From an uncultured Acidobacteriota bacterium (GTDB taxonomy: Bacteria; Acidobacteriota; Thermoanaerobaculia; Multivoradales; UBA5704): a DNA stretch of 64,000 nt. The stretch spans positions 3,424,001 through 3,488,000 of the forward strand of contig CAVYRF010000002.1 of assembly GCA_963770895.1 (NCBI GenBank). Direction: 5' to 3'. The notes under the pieces are model-generated. The model made no database searches and was not told the DNA's origin. It was given only the letters and a program-made list of their open reading frames with translations. Position 1 is the first letter of the stretch. Every line of letters starts with the position of its first letter. Both the position numbers and the translations under genes were made by a program. Below, in pieces: positions 10,159 to 21,508 of the stretch.

Positions 10159-12801
10159 ATGCTGCCCCGCCGGGTGGGTCCTTACCGGCTGGAGCAACTG
10201 CTGGGCAAGGGCGGCATGGGTGTCGTCTACGCCGCCTGGGACGAGCGGCTCGACCGGCGCGTCGCCCTCAAACAGATCCGGCCCGAGGTGGCCGCGGACT
10301 CGCTGCGACGCGAGCGCTTCCGGCGCGAGGCTCGCGCCCTGGCCCGGCTCGACCACCCCGCCATCGTCCGCATCCACGACCTGCTCGAGACCGCGGAGGG
10401 CGATTGGCTGGTGCTGCAGTACGTCGAGGGCCCGACGCTCGCAGAGCTCCTGCGCCGGGGACCGCTGCCCGGCAGCCAGGTGGTTGGCCTGGCGCGGGAC
10501 ATCCTGGGAGCCCTGGAGGCGGCGCACTCGCGCGGCCTGCTCCACCGCGACCTCAAGACCGAGAACGTGATGCTCGCGCCGACCGGTCATGCGATGGTCC
10601 TGGACTTCGGCCTCGCCAAGCTCCTTGCCCCCGAAACCGGCGCAGCGGCCGGCGAGACCCTCGCCGGCACCGGCGGCGTCGTCGGCACCTATCGCGCCAT
10701 GTCGCCCGAGCAGGCCAACGGGCGCGCGCTCGATGCCCGGTCGGACCTGTTTTCTCTGGGTGTCCTGCTCTACGAGGCGGCGACCGGCACCTCGCCGTTC
10801 CAGGCCGCGACGCCGGTCGCCACCCTGACCCTGGTCTGCACTCACCTCCAGGCGCCCACCAGCGAGCTGATCCCCACGCTCCCCGAGCCGCTTGCGACGC
10901 TGATCGACTCGCTGCTCGAGAAGGACCTTGAGCGGCGGCCGCGCAGCGCAGCCGCGGCGCTGGCGCGTCTCGACGATTCGCCCACCACCGCCGCGTACCC
11001 GCAAGCTCCTGCCGCCGCGACCCTGGCGCCGGCGCCTCAGCGCTTGCACGCTCGCCCGTGGCTTCCCACCCTGCCGCGGGCCTTGGATGGCAGGCCGTCG
11101 TACGCCGCTCTCGGCGGCTGGCGCACCCGCCGGTGGCCGTGGGCCGCAGGCCTGCTGCTGCTGGTGGCGGCCGGCCTGCTGCTGGCCTGGTGGTTGCGTG
11201 TTCCGGGCGCGCGGCGCGAACCGCTCTACGTCGCCGTTGCCAGGCCGGAAATCGGGCTCGGCGCCGCCCGGGAGGAGGTGGTGCTGGCCGGCGCCGCGCT
11301 CCAGGCGGCTTGCCTGCGGGCGCTCGCTTCGCTGAAAGGGGTCGCGGCGCTACCTCCCGGCGCCGTGGATCCCGGCGAGCGGCCCTTGACTCCCCGGCGG
11401 CTGGCGCAAATCCTGGCCGCGGACCAGGTTGTCACCGCGACCCTCAATTGTCAGTCTCACCAGTGCCAAGCCGTGCTCCGCCGGCAGCAGGGCAGCGACG
11501 GCAGGATCGTTGCGAGCACGATGCCTTTCGAGGTGCCTCTGGACGACCCGCACCTGCTCGACGCCGCCGTATCGACCTATCTGAAACCGCTCTTCCCCGA
11601 ACATCGCTTGCGGCCGGAGTCTTCGCCGCTCCAGGTGCGCGGCGAGGACTACCAGCGCTTCCTGCGCGTCCAGCGACTTTGGAACGAGCAGCGGCCGGCC
11701 GATCTGCAACCGCTCCTGGCCGACCTGGACCGGGTGCGATCCGGCTCGCCCCTGTTCATCGACGCCTACGTGCTGGAAGCGAGCCTCGAGGGCTATCGCG
11801 CCTTCCAGACCCGCGACCCACTGTACGTCGAACAGGCGTTCAACCTGATTGCCCAGGCGCGGCGGCTGGCGCCCGCCGACGCGCAGACGTTGGTCAGCTG
11901 GTTCGGCGTCGCGATGAACACCGGGCGCTTCGACGAGGCAGAAAAGGCGCTGCACGAAATCGAGCTGCGCCTGCCCGGGGACGTGCGGACCCTGCAGCGC
12001 CGGGCGCTGCTGCGCGAGCACCAGGGCGATCGACGGCATGCCCTGGAGCTGCTGCGCACCGCGGTGTGGCGCCACCCCAGCGCCGCATATCTGACCGATC
12101 TGGCCAACATGGAAATGCGGCAAGGAGAGATCCCGGCGGCCCGCGCCACGATGGAGGAGCTGCTGCGGCGTGTTCCCGAGGACCACGCCGGCCAGAACCT
12201 CCTGGCCGGGCTCGAGCTGAAAGCGGGCAACATGGAACGAGCTACCACGCTGTACGCCCGCATGGCCGGCAGCCGGCCGAGCTTCGGCGTGCTATCCAAC
12301 CTGGCTTTCGCCCAGCTGCTGCTGGGCCGCTACGGCGAGGCGGCCACGAACTATCGGGCCGCCTATGCCTTGGCCCCCACCAGCTATGCCGCCAGCCTCA
12401 ACCTGGGCGATGCCGAGCTGCTCCGGGGCCAGCCGGCGGCGGCCCGCGCGCTCTACCGGCAGGCGCTCGCCCAGGCGGCACAGGATCCGGGGCGAGACGC
12501 ACCGCCCGCGCTCGTCGCCGCGGCGCAGGCGGAGGCGCACCTCGGACGCGGGTTCGAGGCGGCCGCCACCATCGAGCGAGCGGTGGTCGCAGCGCCCAAC
12601 GATCCCGAGATCGCCTTTTACGCCGCCCTGGTCTACGCCTTGATCGGCGAAACCGCCTCCGCCACCGCCAGTGCCGGCCGCTCCCTGGCCGGAGGCATCA
12701 ACGCCGGCTGGTTTTCCTTGCCTTGGTTTGACGAGCTACGGAAGTCGCCGGAGTTTCTTCGCCTCCTGGGCAAGGCGGCGGCTGCACCGGCCCCTCGTTG
12801 A
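10159..12801 (+). CDS. Membrane Ser/Thr protein kinase with C-terminal TPR domain
   Basis: LGKGGMGVVY, VALK, HRDLKTEN, DFG, MSPEQ, then a TM helix (WAAGLLLLVAAGLLLAWW) and TPR-like repeats. Confidence 0.93.
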   Translation: MLPRRVGPYRLEQLLGKGGMGVVYAAWDERLDRRVALKQIRPEVAADSLRRERFRREARALARLDHPAIVRIHDLLETAEGDWLVLQYVEGPTLAELLRRGPLPGSQVVGLARDILGALEAAHSRGLLHRDLKTENVMLAPTGHAMVLDFGLAKLLAPETGAAAGETLAGTGGVVGTYRAMSPEQANGRALDARSDLFSLGVLLYEAATGTSPFQAATPVATLTLVCTHLQAPTSELIPTLPEPLATLIDSLLEKDLERRPRSAAAALARLDDSPTTAAYPQAPAAATLAPAPQRLHARPWLPTLPRALDGRPSYAALGGWRTRRWPWAAGLLLLVAAGLLLAWWLRVPGARREPLYVAVARPEIGLGAAREEVVLAGAALQAACLRALASLKGVAALPPGAVDPGERPLTPRRLAQILAADQVVTATLNCQSHQCQAVLRRQQGSDGRIVASTMPFEVPLDDPHLLDAAVSTYLKPLFPEHRLRPESSPLQVRGEDYQRFLRVQRLWNEQRPADLQPLLADLDRVRSGSPLFIDAYVLEASLEGYRAFQTRDPLYVEQAFNLIAQARRLAPADAQTLVSWFGVAMNTGRFDEAEKALHEIELRLPGDVRTLQRRALLREHQGDRRHALELLRTAVWRHPSAAYLTDLANMEMRQGEIPAARATMEELLRRVPEDHAGQNLLAGLELKAGNMERATTLYARMAGSRPSFGVLSNLAFAQLLLGRYGEAATNYRAAYALAPTSYAASLNLGDAELLRGQPAAARALYRQALAQAAQDPGRDAPPALVAAAQAEAHLGRGFEAAATIERAVVAAPNDPEIAFYAALVYALIGETASATASAGRSLAGGINAGWFSLPWFDELRKSPEFLRLLGKAAAAPAPR

Positions 12802-13165
12802 TGAAGACCGGGTCCGGTGAGGAGATGAGCGCGCCGCCAAACGCCACGGTGAGCTTGAACCCGTGCGTCATGTCCTGCGGCGAGGAGTTGAAGTCCCAGA
12901 GCGAGAAATTCGAGCTGTTGACCTGGTGGCACAGAAACCAGGGCGGCGGCATGACCGGCTCCTCGCTGGTGACGTCGAACCATTGCATCGGATAGCTCGG
13001 AAAGGTCGCCCCGGCGTCGGTCGATGCCTCGTCGAGGGTGAACGTGATCAAACTGATGTCTTGGCCCGGCAGGCTGATGGGGAACGGCGCCGGCGCGTCG
13101 TCGAGCGTAATGGTGATCGTTAATGCGGTGGTGTCTAACGTCACCGTCAAAGGCCAGATCTCCAT
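12698..13165 (-). CDS. DP-EP family-like protein
   Basis: AAGGAGG RBS and a small beta-rich protein containing SPDPVFINEG, typical of DP-EP proteins. Confidence 0.7.
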   Translation of the reverse strand: MEIWPLTVTLDTTALTITITLDDAPAPFPISLPGQDISLITFTLDEASTDAGATFPSYPMQWFDVTSEEPVMPPPWFLCHQVNSSNFSLWDFNSSPQDMTHGFKLTVAFGGALISSPDPVFINEGPVQPPPCPGGEETPATSVARQTKARKTSRR

Positions 13166-13210
13166 GTCCTCTCCTCCTTTTGATTGGTTGTTGGCTGCGC
13201 TTGCGCTACG

Positions 13211-13226
13211 AGCATAGGGCGTGCCA
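13211..13226 (-). promoter_or_regulatory. sigma54 -24/-12 promoter of the DP-EP gene
   Basis: Minus strand TGGCACGCCCTATGCT (GG-N10-GC). Confidence 0.75.
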
Positions 13227-13280
13227 GGTGTGCGCCGCTGGGCGCTGCGCACCGGGATCTACCACTTTCTAATCGAGCGA

Positions 13281-13308
13281 GACCGTCGGACGGTACCGTC
13301 CGACGGTC
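13281..13308. promoter_or_regulatory. Perfect 28-bp palindrome, candidate bEBP enhancer (UAS)
   Basis: GACCGTCGGACGGTACCGTCCGACGGTC contains two ACCGTC-N-GACGGT units and lies about 70-76 bp from each sigma54 GG. Confidence 0.7.
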
Positions 13309-13368
13309 GAAAGCAGCGTAACGGTCGATCGCAGCGCGGCGAGAGAGTCCCTCCGCTCTGGCGCACCG

Positions 13369-13384
13369 TGGCACGCCTCTTGCC
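13369..13384 (+). promoter_or_regulatory. sigma54 -24/-12 promoter of the thaumatin-like gene
   Basis: TGGCACGCCTCTTGCC (GG-N10-GC). Confidence 0.78.
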
Positions 13385-13504
13385 CTGGGAGTCGCCGCCG
13401 GCAAGCAAGGCAGCACCCGATCGATCGCAGGCTCGCGTTCCATCCGCATGGCGCGGGCGGGGCGCGGGGAACCGCTACCTCAACCGACAAGGAGCTCGAA
13501 ACTC

Positions 13505-14800
13505 ATGATCCCTCAATGTCCACCGATTCCGCGCCCAAGCATCCGCCGGACCCAGTGCTCAGTTGGCAGCATGATCGTGATCACGCTGCTTTTGACTGCA
13601 GCGGCTCGGGCGCAGGCAAACCGCGTGTTGCGGTTCGACAACCAATGTTCGCAGGCGGTCTGGATCGGAGCGACCGGCGGATTCACGCAGCCCTGTGGCG
13701 CCGGCAACTCCTGCCCGAGCGGCCAGGCGTGTCTCACCACCCGCAGCACTCCCGGCTGTTTTTGGGTGCTGCCGTTGCCGGCGAGCGGCTCGCTGCTGCT
13801 CGCGGCCGGCACGAGCACCAAGGTGACTCTGGCGACGCCGCCACAAAGCAATGTCAAATGGAGCGGCAATATCTACGGCAGCACCGGCTGCAACAGCGGC
13901 GGTCAGAGCTGCCAGACCGGAGCTTGCGTGGGTGGCTCCTGCCCGGCCGGCACGGGACCGGTCGGACCGACCACGCTTGCCGAGCTCACGCTGCTGACCA
14001 ATGGACCGGACACCTACGACGTCTCGATGATCAACGGTGTCAATCTCCCCTTGTCGATCGCGCCCACCCCGGGACAGAAGTTTGGCACGCCGCCCGCGGG
14101 TGCGGCGGCCGACTATTTCTGCGGCGCTCCCGGCAAACCTCGGCCTCTCAACTCCGCTCTGCAGGGCTGTACCTGGCAGTTCAATCCGACGATCAAGCAA
14201 ATCGATCAGTCGCCGTTCCTGCGCATGGTCGGCCCCGGCGGCAACGCGTGCACGCAGGACAGCGATTGCACGTCGCCCCAGCTGTGCGGCCTGGCGATGA
14301 CGGTCGGTCTGACGACGGTGAGCCAGGTCTGCGGCACGCAGATCGGTTGGTGGACCGCCGACGAGGTGTGCACGTTTACCGGCTCCGCCTTCGGTGCGCC
14401 GTTCAACTGCTCCGCCGGTGTTTACGGTCAGGGGACCAACACCAACCTCTACCTCTGCAGCGGCGTCAACGCCAGCACCTGCTACGGCTCCAGCTCGACG
14501 GCGACCTGCTGCGGCTGCCCGCAGTGGACGTTCGATGGCAAGGCCCTGGCGGCGGCCATGAGCTGCGGCGCGAACAACCAGACGACCAATCCGTCATGGA
14601 ACCAGATCGCTCAGCCGTGGGCGCAGTTTGCCAAGCAGGCGTGCCCGACGGCATACAGCTTCCCGTTCGACGACGCCACCAGCACGTTTACCTGCGCCGG
14701 CAGCAACTCCGCTGCCAATGCCGTCGACTACACGATCACCTACTGCCCGGGAGGCAAGAGCGGAGTGCCGCCGCAAGTTGCGTCCAGTCCGCGGAAGTGA
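13505..14800 (+). CDS. Secreted Cys-rich thaumatin-family protein
   Basis: Signal peptide ending ARA-Q, then NQCSQAVW, TLAELT, DTYDVSMINGVNLP and CPTAYSFPFDDATSTFTC...YTITYCP. Confidence 0.88.
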   Translation: MIPQCPPIPRPSIRRTQCSVGSMIVITLLLTAAARAQANRVLRFDNQCSQAVWIGATGGFTQPCGAGNSCPSGQACLTTRSTPGCFWVLPLPASGSLLLAAGTSTKVTLATPPQSNVKWSGNIYGSTGCNSGGQSCQTGACVGGSCPAGTGPVGPTTLAELTLLTNGPDTYDVSMINGVNLPLSIAPTPGQKFGTPPAGAAADYFCGAPGKPRPLNSALQGCTWQFNPTIKQIDQSPFLRMVGPGGNACTQDSDCTSPQLCGLAMTVGLTTVSQVCGTQIGWWTADEVCTFTGSAFGAPFNCSAGVYGQGTNTNLYLCSGVNASTCYGSSSTATCCGCPQWTFDGKALAAAMSCGANNQTTNPSWNQIAQPWAQFAKQACPTAYSFPFDDATSTFTCAGSNSAANAVDYTITYCPGGKSGVPPQVASSPRK

Positions 14801-14831
14801 TTGGGGACCTGCCTGAGGATCACCGGTCGAG

Positions 14832-14859
14832 CGGCGCGGGGGATCTCACCCCCGCGCCG
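14832..14859. terminator. GC hairpin between convergent thaumatin and katG genes
   Basis: CGGCGCGGGGG-ATCTCA-CCCCCGCGCCG, an 11-bp stem. Confidence 0.5.
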
Positions 14860-14891
14860 TCAGGCTTTCAGAATGCTGAAGCTGCCGCAGC

Positions 14892-17126
<2,235 letters not shown>

Positions 17127-17410
17127 AGATTGAGCAAGTTCCTCAGTCGCCTGCGCGGACACCTGGACGGCGTCGCGAATTCGACGGTTGCCAGGGAATC
17201 TATCAAACGCGCGTGGCCTGGCGCCCGGCGCCCGGACGCCGAGGCCAATTGTACCGGCGCCGCGGGTCCCGGCGGGCGGCTGCCGCACGGCTCCATCGGG
17301 CGGCGGGAACCGCCGGGACCCTGCGATATCATGCCTGGCGCTGACGAAGAACTGGACTCTGGCGGGCGCGGTGCTCCGGCGGATGGACCGGCACGGCGCA
17401 GGAGACGTTT

Positions 17411-20400
17411 GTGATCGAAGACCATGCCGCGGCGCACCAGCACGGAATCGACAGCCTGTTTCCGGGCGACGGTGAAATGGCCACCTTGATGCGGCAGCGG
17501 GACTGGTCGCGAAGCCCGCTCGGTCCGCCGGAACAGTGGCCGCAGACCCTGCGCGCCATCGTGCGCATCATGCTCACCTCGCGCTTTGCCATCTGGCTGG
17601 GGTGGGGGCGCGAGCTGACCTTCCTTTACAACGACGCCTACCGCGCCATGACGCTGGGGGCGAAGCACCCCGGGGTGCTCGGCCGGCCGACGCGCGAGGT
17701 GTGGGCGGAGATCTGGCCGCAGATCGGACCGCGGATCGAAAAGGTCCTGGCGACGGGCGACGCCACCTGGGACAGGGCGTTGATGCTGTTCCTCGAGCGC
17801 AGCGGCTACCCCGAGGAGACGTATCACACCTTCTCCTACAGCCCCATCCACGACGACCAGGGAATCATCCGCGGCAACCTCTGCATCGTCTCCGAGGAGA
17901 CCGAGCAGGTGATCGGCGAGCGCCGCCTGGCGTTGCTGCGCGAGCTTGCCGCCCAGCTCGCCTCGGTCAACACGACGGAGGACGTGCTCGCGGCGACCGA
18001 GCGCGCGCTCGGCACGGGCAATCGCGACGTGCCGTTTTTCCTGCTCTACCGGTTCGACGAAGAGTGCCGCCATGCACAGTTGGTATCGAGCAGCCCGATG
18101 CCAGGCGGGGCTGCGGGTCTGCATGCGACCCTCGACTGCGCGGCCGACTCACCCTGGCCGGTGGCGGCGCTGCTGGCTCGGCTGGAGCCGATCCTGGTGG
18201 AGACGCTCCCCGGCAGCGGCGAGTGGCCGCGAGGGCCGTGGGACCGCGCGCCCCAGAGCGCCGTCATGATGCCCGTCGCGCAGCAGGGGCAGGCGCGGCC
18301 GGCCGGTTTCCTCATCGCCGGCCTCAATCCGCACCGGCGCTTCGACGAGAACTACCAGAGCTTCGTCGGCCTCCTGGTCGGCCAGATCTCGGCCGGCCTC
18401 AGCGGCGCCTGGGCGTATGAGGCGGAGCGGCGGCGCGCCGAGGCCCTGGCCGAGTTGGATCGGGCCAAGACGGTCTTCTTTTCCAACGTCAGCCATGAGT
18501 TCCGCACGCCGCTGACGCTGATCCTGGGGTCGCTGGAGGACCTGCGCGACGGCGGCCAGCTGGCGGCGGAGGCCCACTACCCGCTCGCCATCGCGCAGCG
18601 CAACGGCCAGCGCCTGCTGCGGCTGGTCAACTCGCTGCTCGACTTCTCCCGCATCGAGGCTGGGCGGGTGCAGGCCAGCTACGAGCCGGTCGACCTGGCG
18701 GAGACCACGGCCGACCTGGTGAGCGTCTTCCGGTCGACGACCGAGCGCGCCGGCCTGCGGCTGGTGGTCGCCTGTCCGCCGGTCGGCGAGCCCGTCTACC
18801 TCGACCGCGGGATGTGGGAAAAGGTGGTGCTGAACCTCCTGTCCAACGCCTTCAAATTCACCCTCGAAGGGGAGATCGAGGTGCGCCTGGAGCGCCTCGC
18901 AGGGGCTGGGACCGTCCAGGTCGTGGTGCGCGACACCGGCATCGGAATACCGGAGCAGGAGCTGCCTCACCTGTTCGAGCGCTTCCGCCGGGTCGAGGGG
19001 GCCAAGGGGCGCACCCAGGAGGGGAGCGGCATCGGTCTCGCCCTGGTTCAGGAGCTGGTCAAGCTGCAGGGCGGCAGCGTGACGGTCGAAAGCGTTGTGG
19101 GGCGCGGGACCACGTTCACCGTGACGTTGCAGCTGGGCACGGACCATCTGCCCGCGGACCGCATCGCGCGGCGCGCCGCGGAGACGGTCGCAGCCGCCGG
19201 TGCGACGAGCGGCGGCGGCGCCTCCGCCGTGGTCGAAGAGGCGCTGCGCTGGCTCCCGCAAGAGGCCGAGTCCGCGCCGCTCCTGGCGCTGGACGACCGG
19301 ATGCCGATGGACGGCCCGGCGCGGCCGCGCGGCAGCGAGGTGATCCTGCTTGCCGACGACAATGCCGACATGCGCGCCTACATCCGCCGCCTGCTCGAGC
19401 CGCGCTGGCACGTCGAGACGGTGTCCAACGGCCAGCAGGCGCTGGCCGCGTCCCGCCTGCGGCGTCCCGACCTGGTGATCTCCGACGTCATGATGCCCGA
19501 GCTGGACGGCTTCGGGCTGCTGCAGGCGCTGCGCGCCAACCCCGCGACGCGCGATCTGCCGGTGATGCTGCTCTCCGCCCGCGCCGGTGAGGAAGCCAGG
19601 ATCGAAGGGATCGCGGCGGGCGCCGAGGACTACCTGGTCAAGCCGTTTTCGGCGCGCGAGCTGCTGGCGCGCATCGAGGCGCAGCTCCTGCGGACGCGGC
19701 TGCGCGCCCTGGAAGACGCCAGCGCCCGGCGGCTGGCCTCGGTCTTCGCGCAGGCCCCGGTGGCGATCGCGCTGCTGCGCGGCCCGGAGCACGTTTTCGA
19801 GGTGGCCAACCCCTTCTACCTGAAGCTGGTCAACGACCGGCCGCTGCTCGGCATGCGGCTGCGCGACGCGTTGCCGGAGGTGGTCGCCCAGGGCATCGTC
19901 GATCTGCTCGACGGGGTCTTTCGCAGCGGCCAGCCCCACCTGGGCAAGTCGCTGCCGGTGATGCTCAACCGCGGGCCGGAAGGCGCGCCCGAAGAGTGCT
20001 TTTTCGACTTCGTGTACCAGCCGTTGTTCGATGGGAGCGGCACGGTCGAGGGCATCGCGGTCGTCGCCTACGACGTGAGCGGCCTGGCGCGGGCGCGCCG
20101 CGAGGCCGAGGTGGCCAATCGCGCCAAGGACGAGTTCCTGGCCATGCTGGGACACGAGCTGCGCAACCCGCTGGCGCCGATCAGTACCGCGCTGCAGCTG
20201 CTCAAGATGCGCGGGGTGGAGGCGGCGGAGGTCGAGCGGCGGGTGATCGAGCGCCAGGTCAAGCACCTGGTGACCCTGGTCGACGATCTGCTCGACGTGT
20301 CGCGCCTGACTCGCGGCAAGCTGCAGCTCGAAGTCAGCCGGGTCGAGCTTTCCAGCGTCGTCGGCCAGGCGATCGAGACGGTGGCGCCGGCCCTCGAACA

Positions 20401-21241
20401 GCGCCGGCTCGCGCTGACGGTGGCGGTTCCGGCGACCGGCCTGGCGGTGGACGGCGACGAGCACCGGCTGGTCCAGGTGGTGGCCAATCTCCTGGGCAAC
20501 GCCGCCAAGTACACCGATCCAGGCGGCAGCATCACGATCACCGGCGCGCGCGAGCAGGGCGACGCGGTGCTGCGCATCCGCGACAACGGCATCGGGATCA
20601 CGCCGGAGATGTTGTCGCGCATCTTCGACCTCTTCGTGCAGACTCCGCAGGCGCTCGACCGCTCGCATGGTGGCCTCGGTCTCGGCCTCGCCCTTTCCCG
20701 CGGCCTGCTGGCGCTGCACCATGGCTCCATAGCAGCGCGCAGCGACGGCCCCGGTCGCGGCGCCGAGTTCACCGTGCGGCTGCCGCTGCCGACCACCCCC
20801 CAGGCGCGCCCCGCCGGCGGCGCCGCAGCGGCGGAGCCGGACCTGGCGGCCGCTCAAGGCCTGCGGATCCTGATCGTCGACGACAACCGCGACGCCGTCC
20901 AGATGCTCGCCAGCGCCCTGGCCATGCAAGGCCACAGCGTGCAGTGCGCCTACGACGGCCCCCAGGCCCTGGCGATGGCGGAGAAGCTGCCGCCGCAGGT
21001 GGCGATCCTGGACCTGGGCCTGCCCCTGATGGACGGCTTCGAGCTGGCAAGCCGCTTTGCCGCCGACCCCGCCCTGCGGCGCGCCAGGCTCATCGCCGTC
21101 ACCGGCTACGGCCAGAAGGACGACCGCCGCCGCACCACCGCAGCCTCCTTTGCCGCCCACTTCGTGAAGCCCGTCGACCTCGCCCAGCTGAGCGCCGCCA
21201 TCCACGATCTTGCCGCGCCCGACCGCAGCGCACAGCCCTGA
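17411..21241 (+). CDS. Hybrid sensor histidine kinase (PAS/GAF-HK-REC-PAS-HK-REC)
   Basis: H-boxes SHEFRTPL and GHELRNPL, two HATPase G-box sets and two receiver domains. Confidence 0.95.
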   Translation: MIEDHAAAHQHGIDSLFPGDGEMATLMRQRDWSRSPLGPPEQWPQTLRAIVRIMLTSRFAIWLGWGRELTFLYNDAYRAMTLGAKHPGVLGRPTREVWAEIWPQIGPRIEKVLATGDATWDRALMLFLERSGYPEETYHTFSYSPIHDDQGIIRGNLCIVSEETEQVIGERRLALLRELAAQLASVNTTEDVLAATERALGTGNRDVPFFLLYRFDEECRHAQLVSSSPMPGGAAGLHATLDCAADSPWPVAALLARLEPILVETLPGSGEWPRGPWDRAPQSAVMMPVAQQGQARPAGFLIAGLNPHRRFDENYQSFVGLLVGQISAGLSGAWAYEAERRRAEALAELDRAKTVFFSNVSHEFRTPLTLILGSLEDLRDGGQLAAEAHYPLAIAQRNGQRLLRLVNSLLDFSRIEAGRVQASYEPVDLAETTADLVSVFRSTTERAGLRLVVACPPVGEPVYLDRGMWEKVVLNLLSNAFKFTLEGEIEVRLERLAGAGTVQVVVRDTGIGIPEQELPHLFERFRRVEGAKGRTQEGSGIGLALVQELVKLQGGSVTVESVVGRGTTFTVTLQLGTDHLPADRIARRAAETVAAAGATSGGGASAVVEEALRWLPQEAESAPLLALDDRMPMDGPARPRGSEVILLADDNADMRAYIRRLLEPRWHVETVSNGQQALAASRLRRPDLVISDVMMPELDGFGLLQALRANPATRDLPVMLLSARAGEEARIEGIAAGAEDYLVKPFSARELLARIEAQLLRTRLRALEDASARRLASVFAQAPVAIALLRGPEHVFEVANPFYLKLVNDRPLLGMRLRDALPEVVAQGIVDLLDGVFRSGQPHLGKSLPVMLNRGPEGAPEECFFDFVYQPLFDGSGTVEGIAVVAYDVSGLARARREAEVANRAKDEFLAMLGHELRNPLAPISTALQLLKMRGVEAAEVERRVIERQVKHLVTLVDDLLDVSRLTRGKLQLEVSRVELSSVVGQAIETVAPALEQRRLALTVAVPATGLAVDGDEHRLVQVVANLLGNAAKYTDPGGSITITGAREQGDAVLRIRDNGIGITPEMLSRIFDLFVQTPQALDRSHGGLGLGLALSRGLLALHHGSIAARSDGPGRGAEFTVRLPLPTTPQARPAGGAAAAEPDLAAAQGLRILIVDDNRDAVQMLASALAMQGHSVQCAYDGPQALAMAEKLPPQVAILDLGLPLMDGFELASRFAADPALRRARLIAVTGYGQKDDRRRTTAASFAAHFVKPVDLAQLSAAIHDLAAPDRSAQP

Positions 21242-21508
21242 CCCGCGAGCGGCGATCGCCTGCCGCGACACCTTACGATCGTTTCGCAAGCCCGATCAGG
21301 TTGCAGAATCGGCCGGTTGCATCAGCCCAGCCGGCTGACGGCTGGTGGCTGAGGGCTGCCGAAGGGGGCGCTGCGCAGGCATTGCGGCACTGTATTTGAT
21401 CAAAGCCTCCCGCCGCCATCCCGCGGCGGTCGTCCGGAGCCGAGCAAGGGAGAAGCCAGAGAAACGCCGTCGAAAGGCTCAGGTCCCGGGGGGCGGCCCG
21501 CCGACCCT

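Noticed and set aside
18149-21289. 1046-aa antisense ORF, and similar long shadow ORFs (8533-11049, 31311-33878, 34182-36695, 43016-45658)
   Set aside because: They lie opposite well-supported genes, have no motifs, and are expected from high-GC codon bias.
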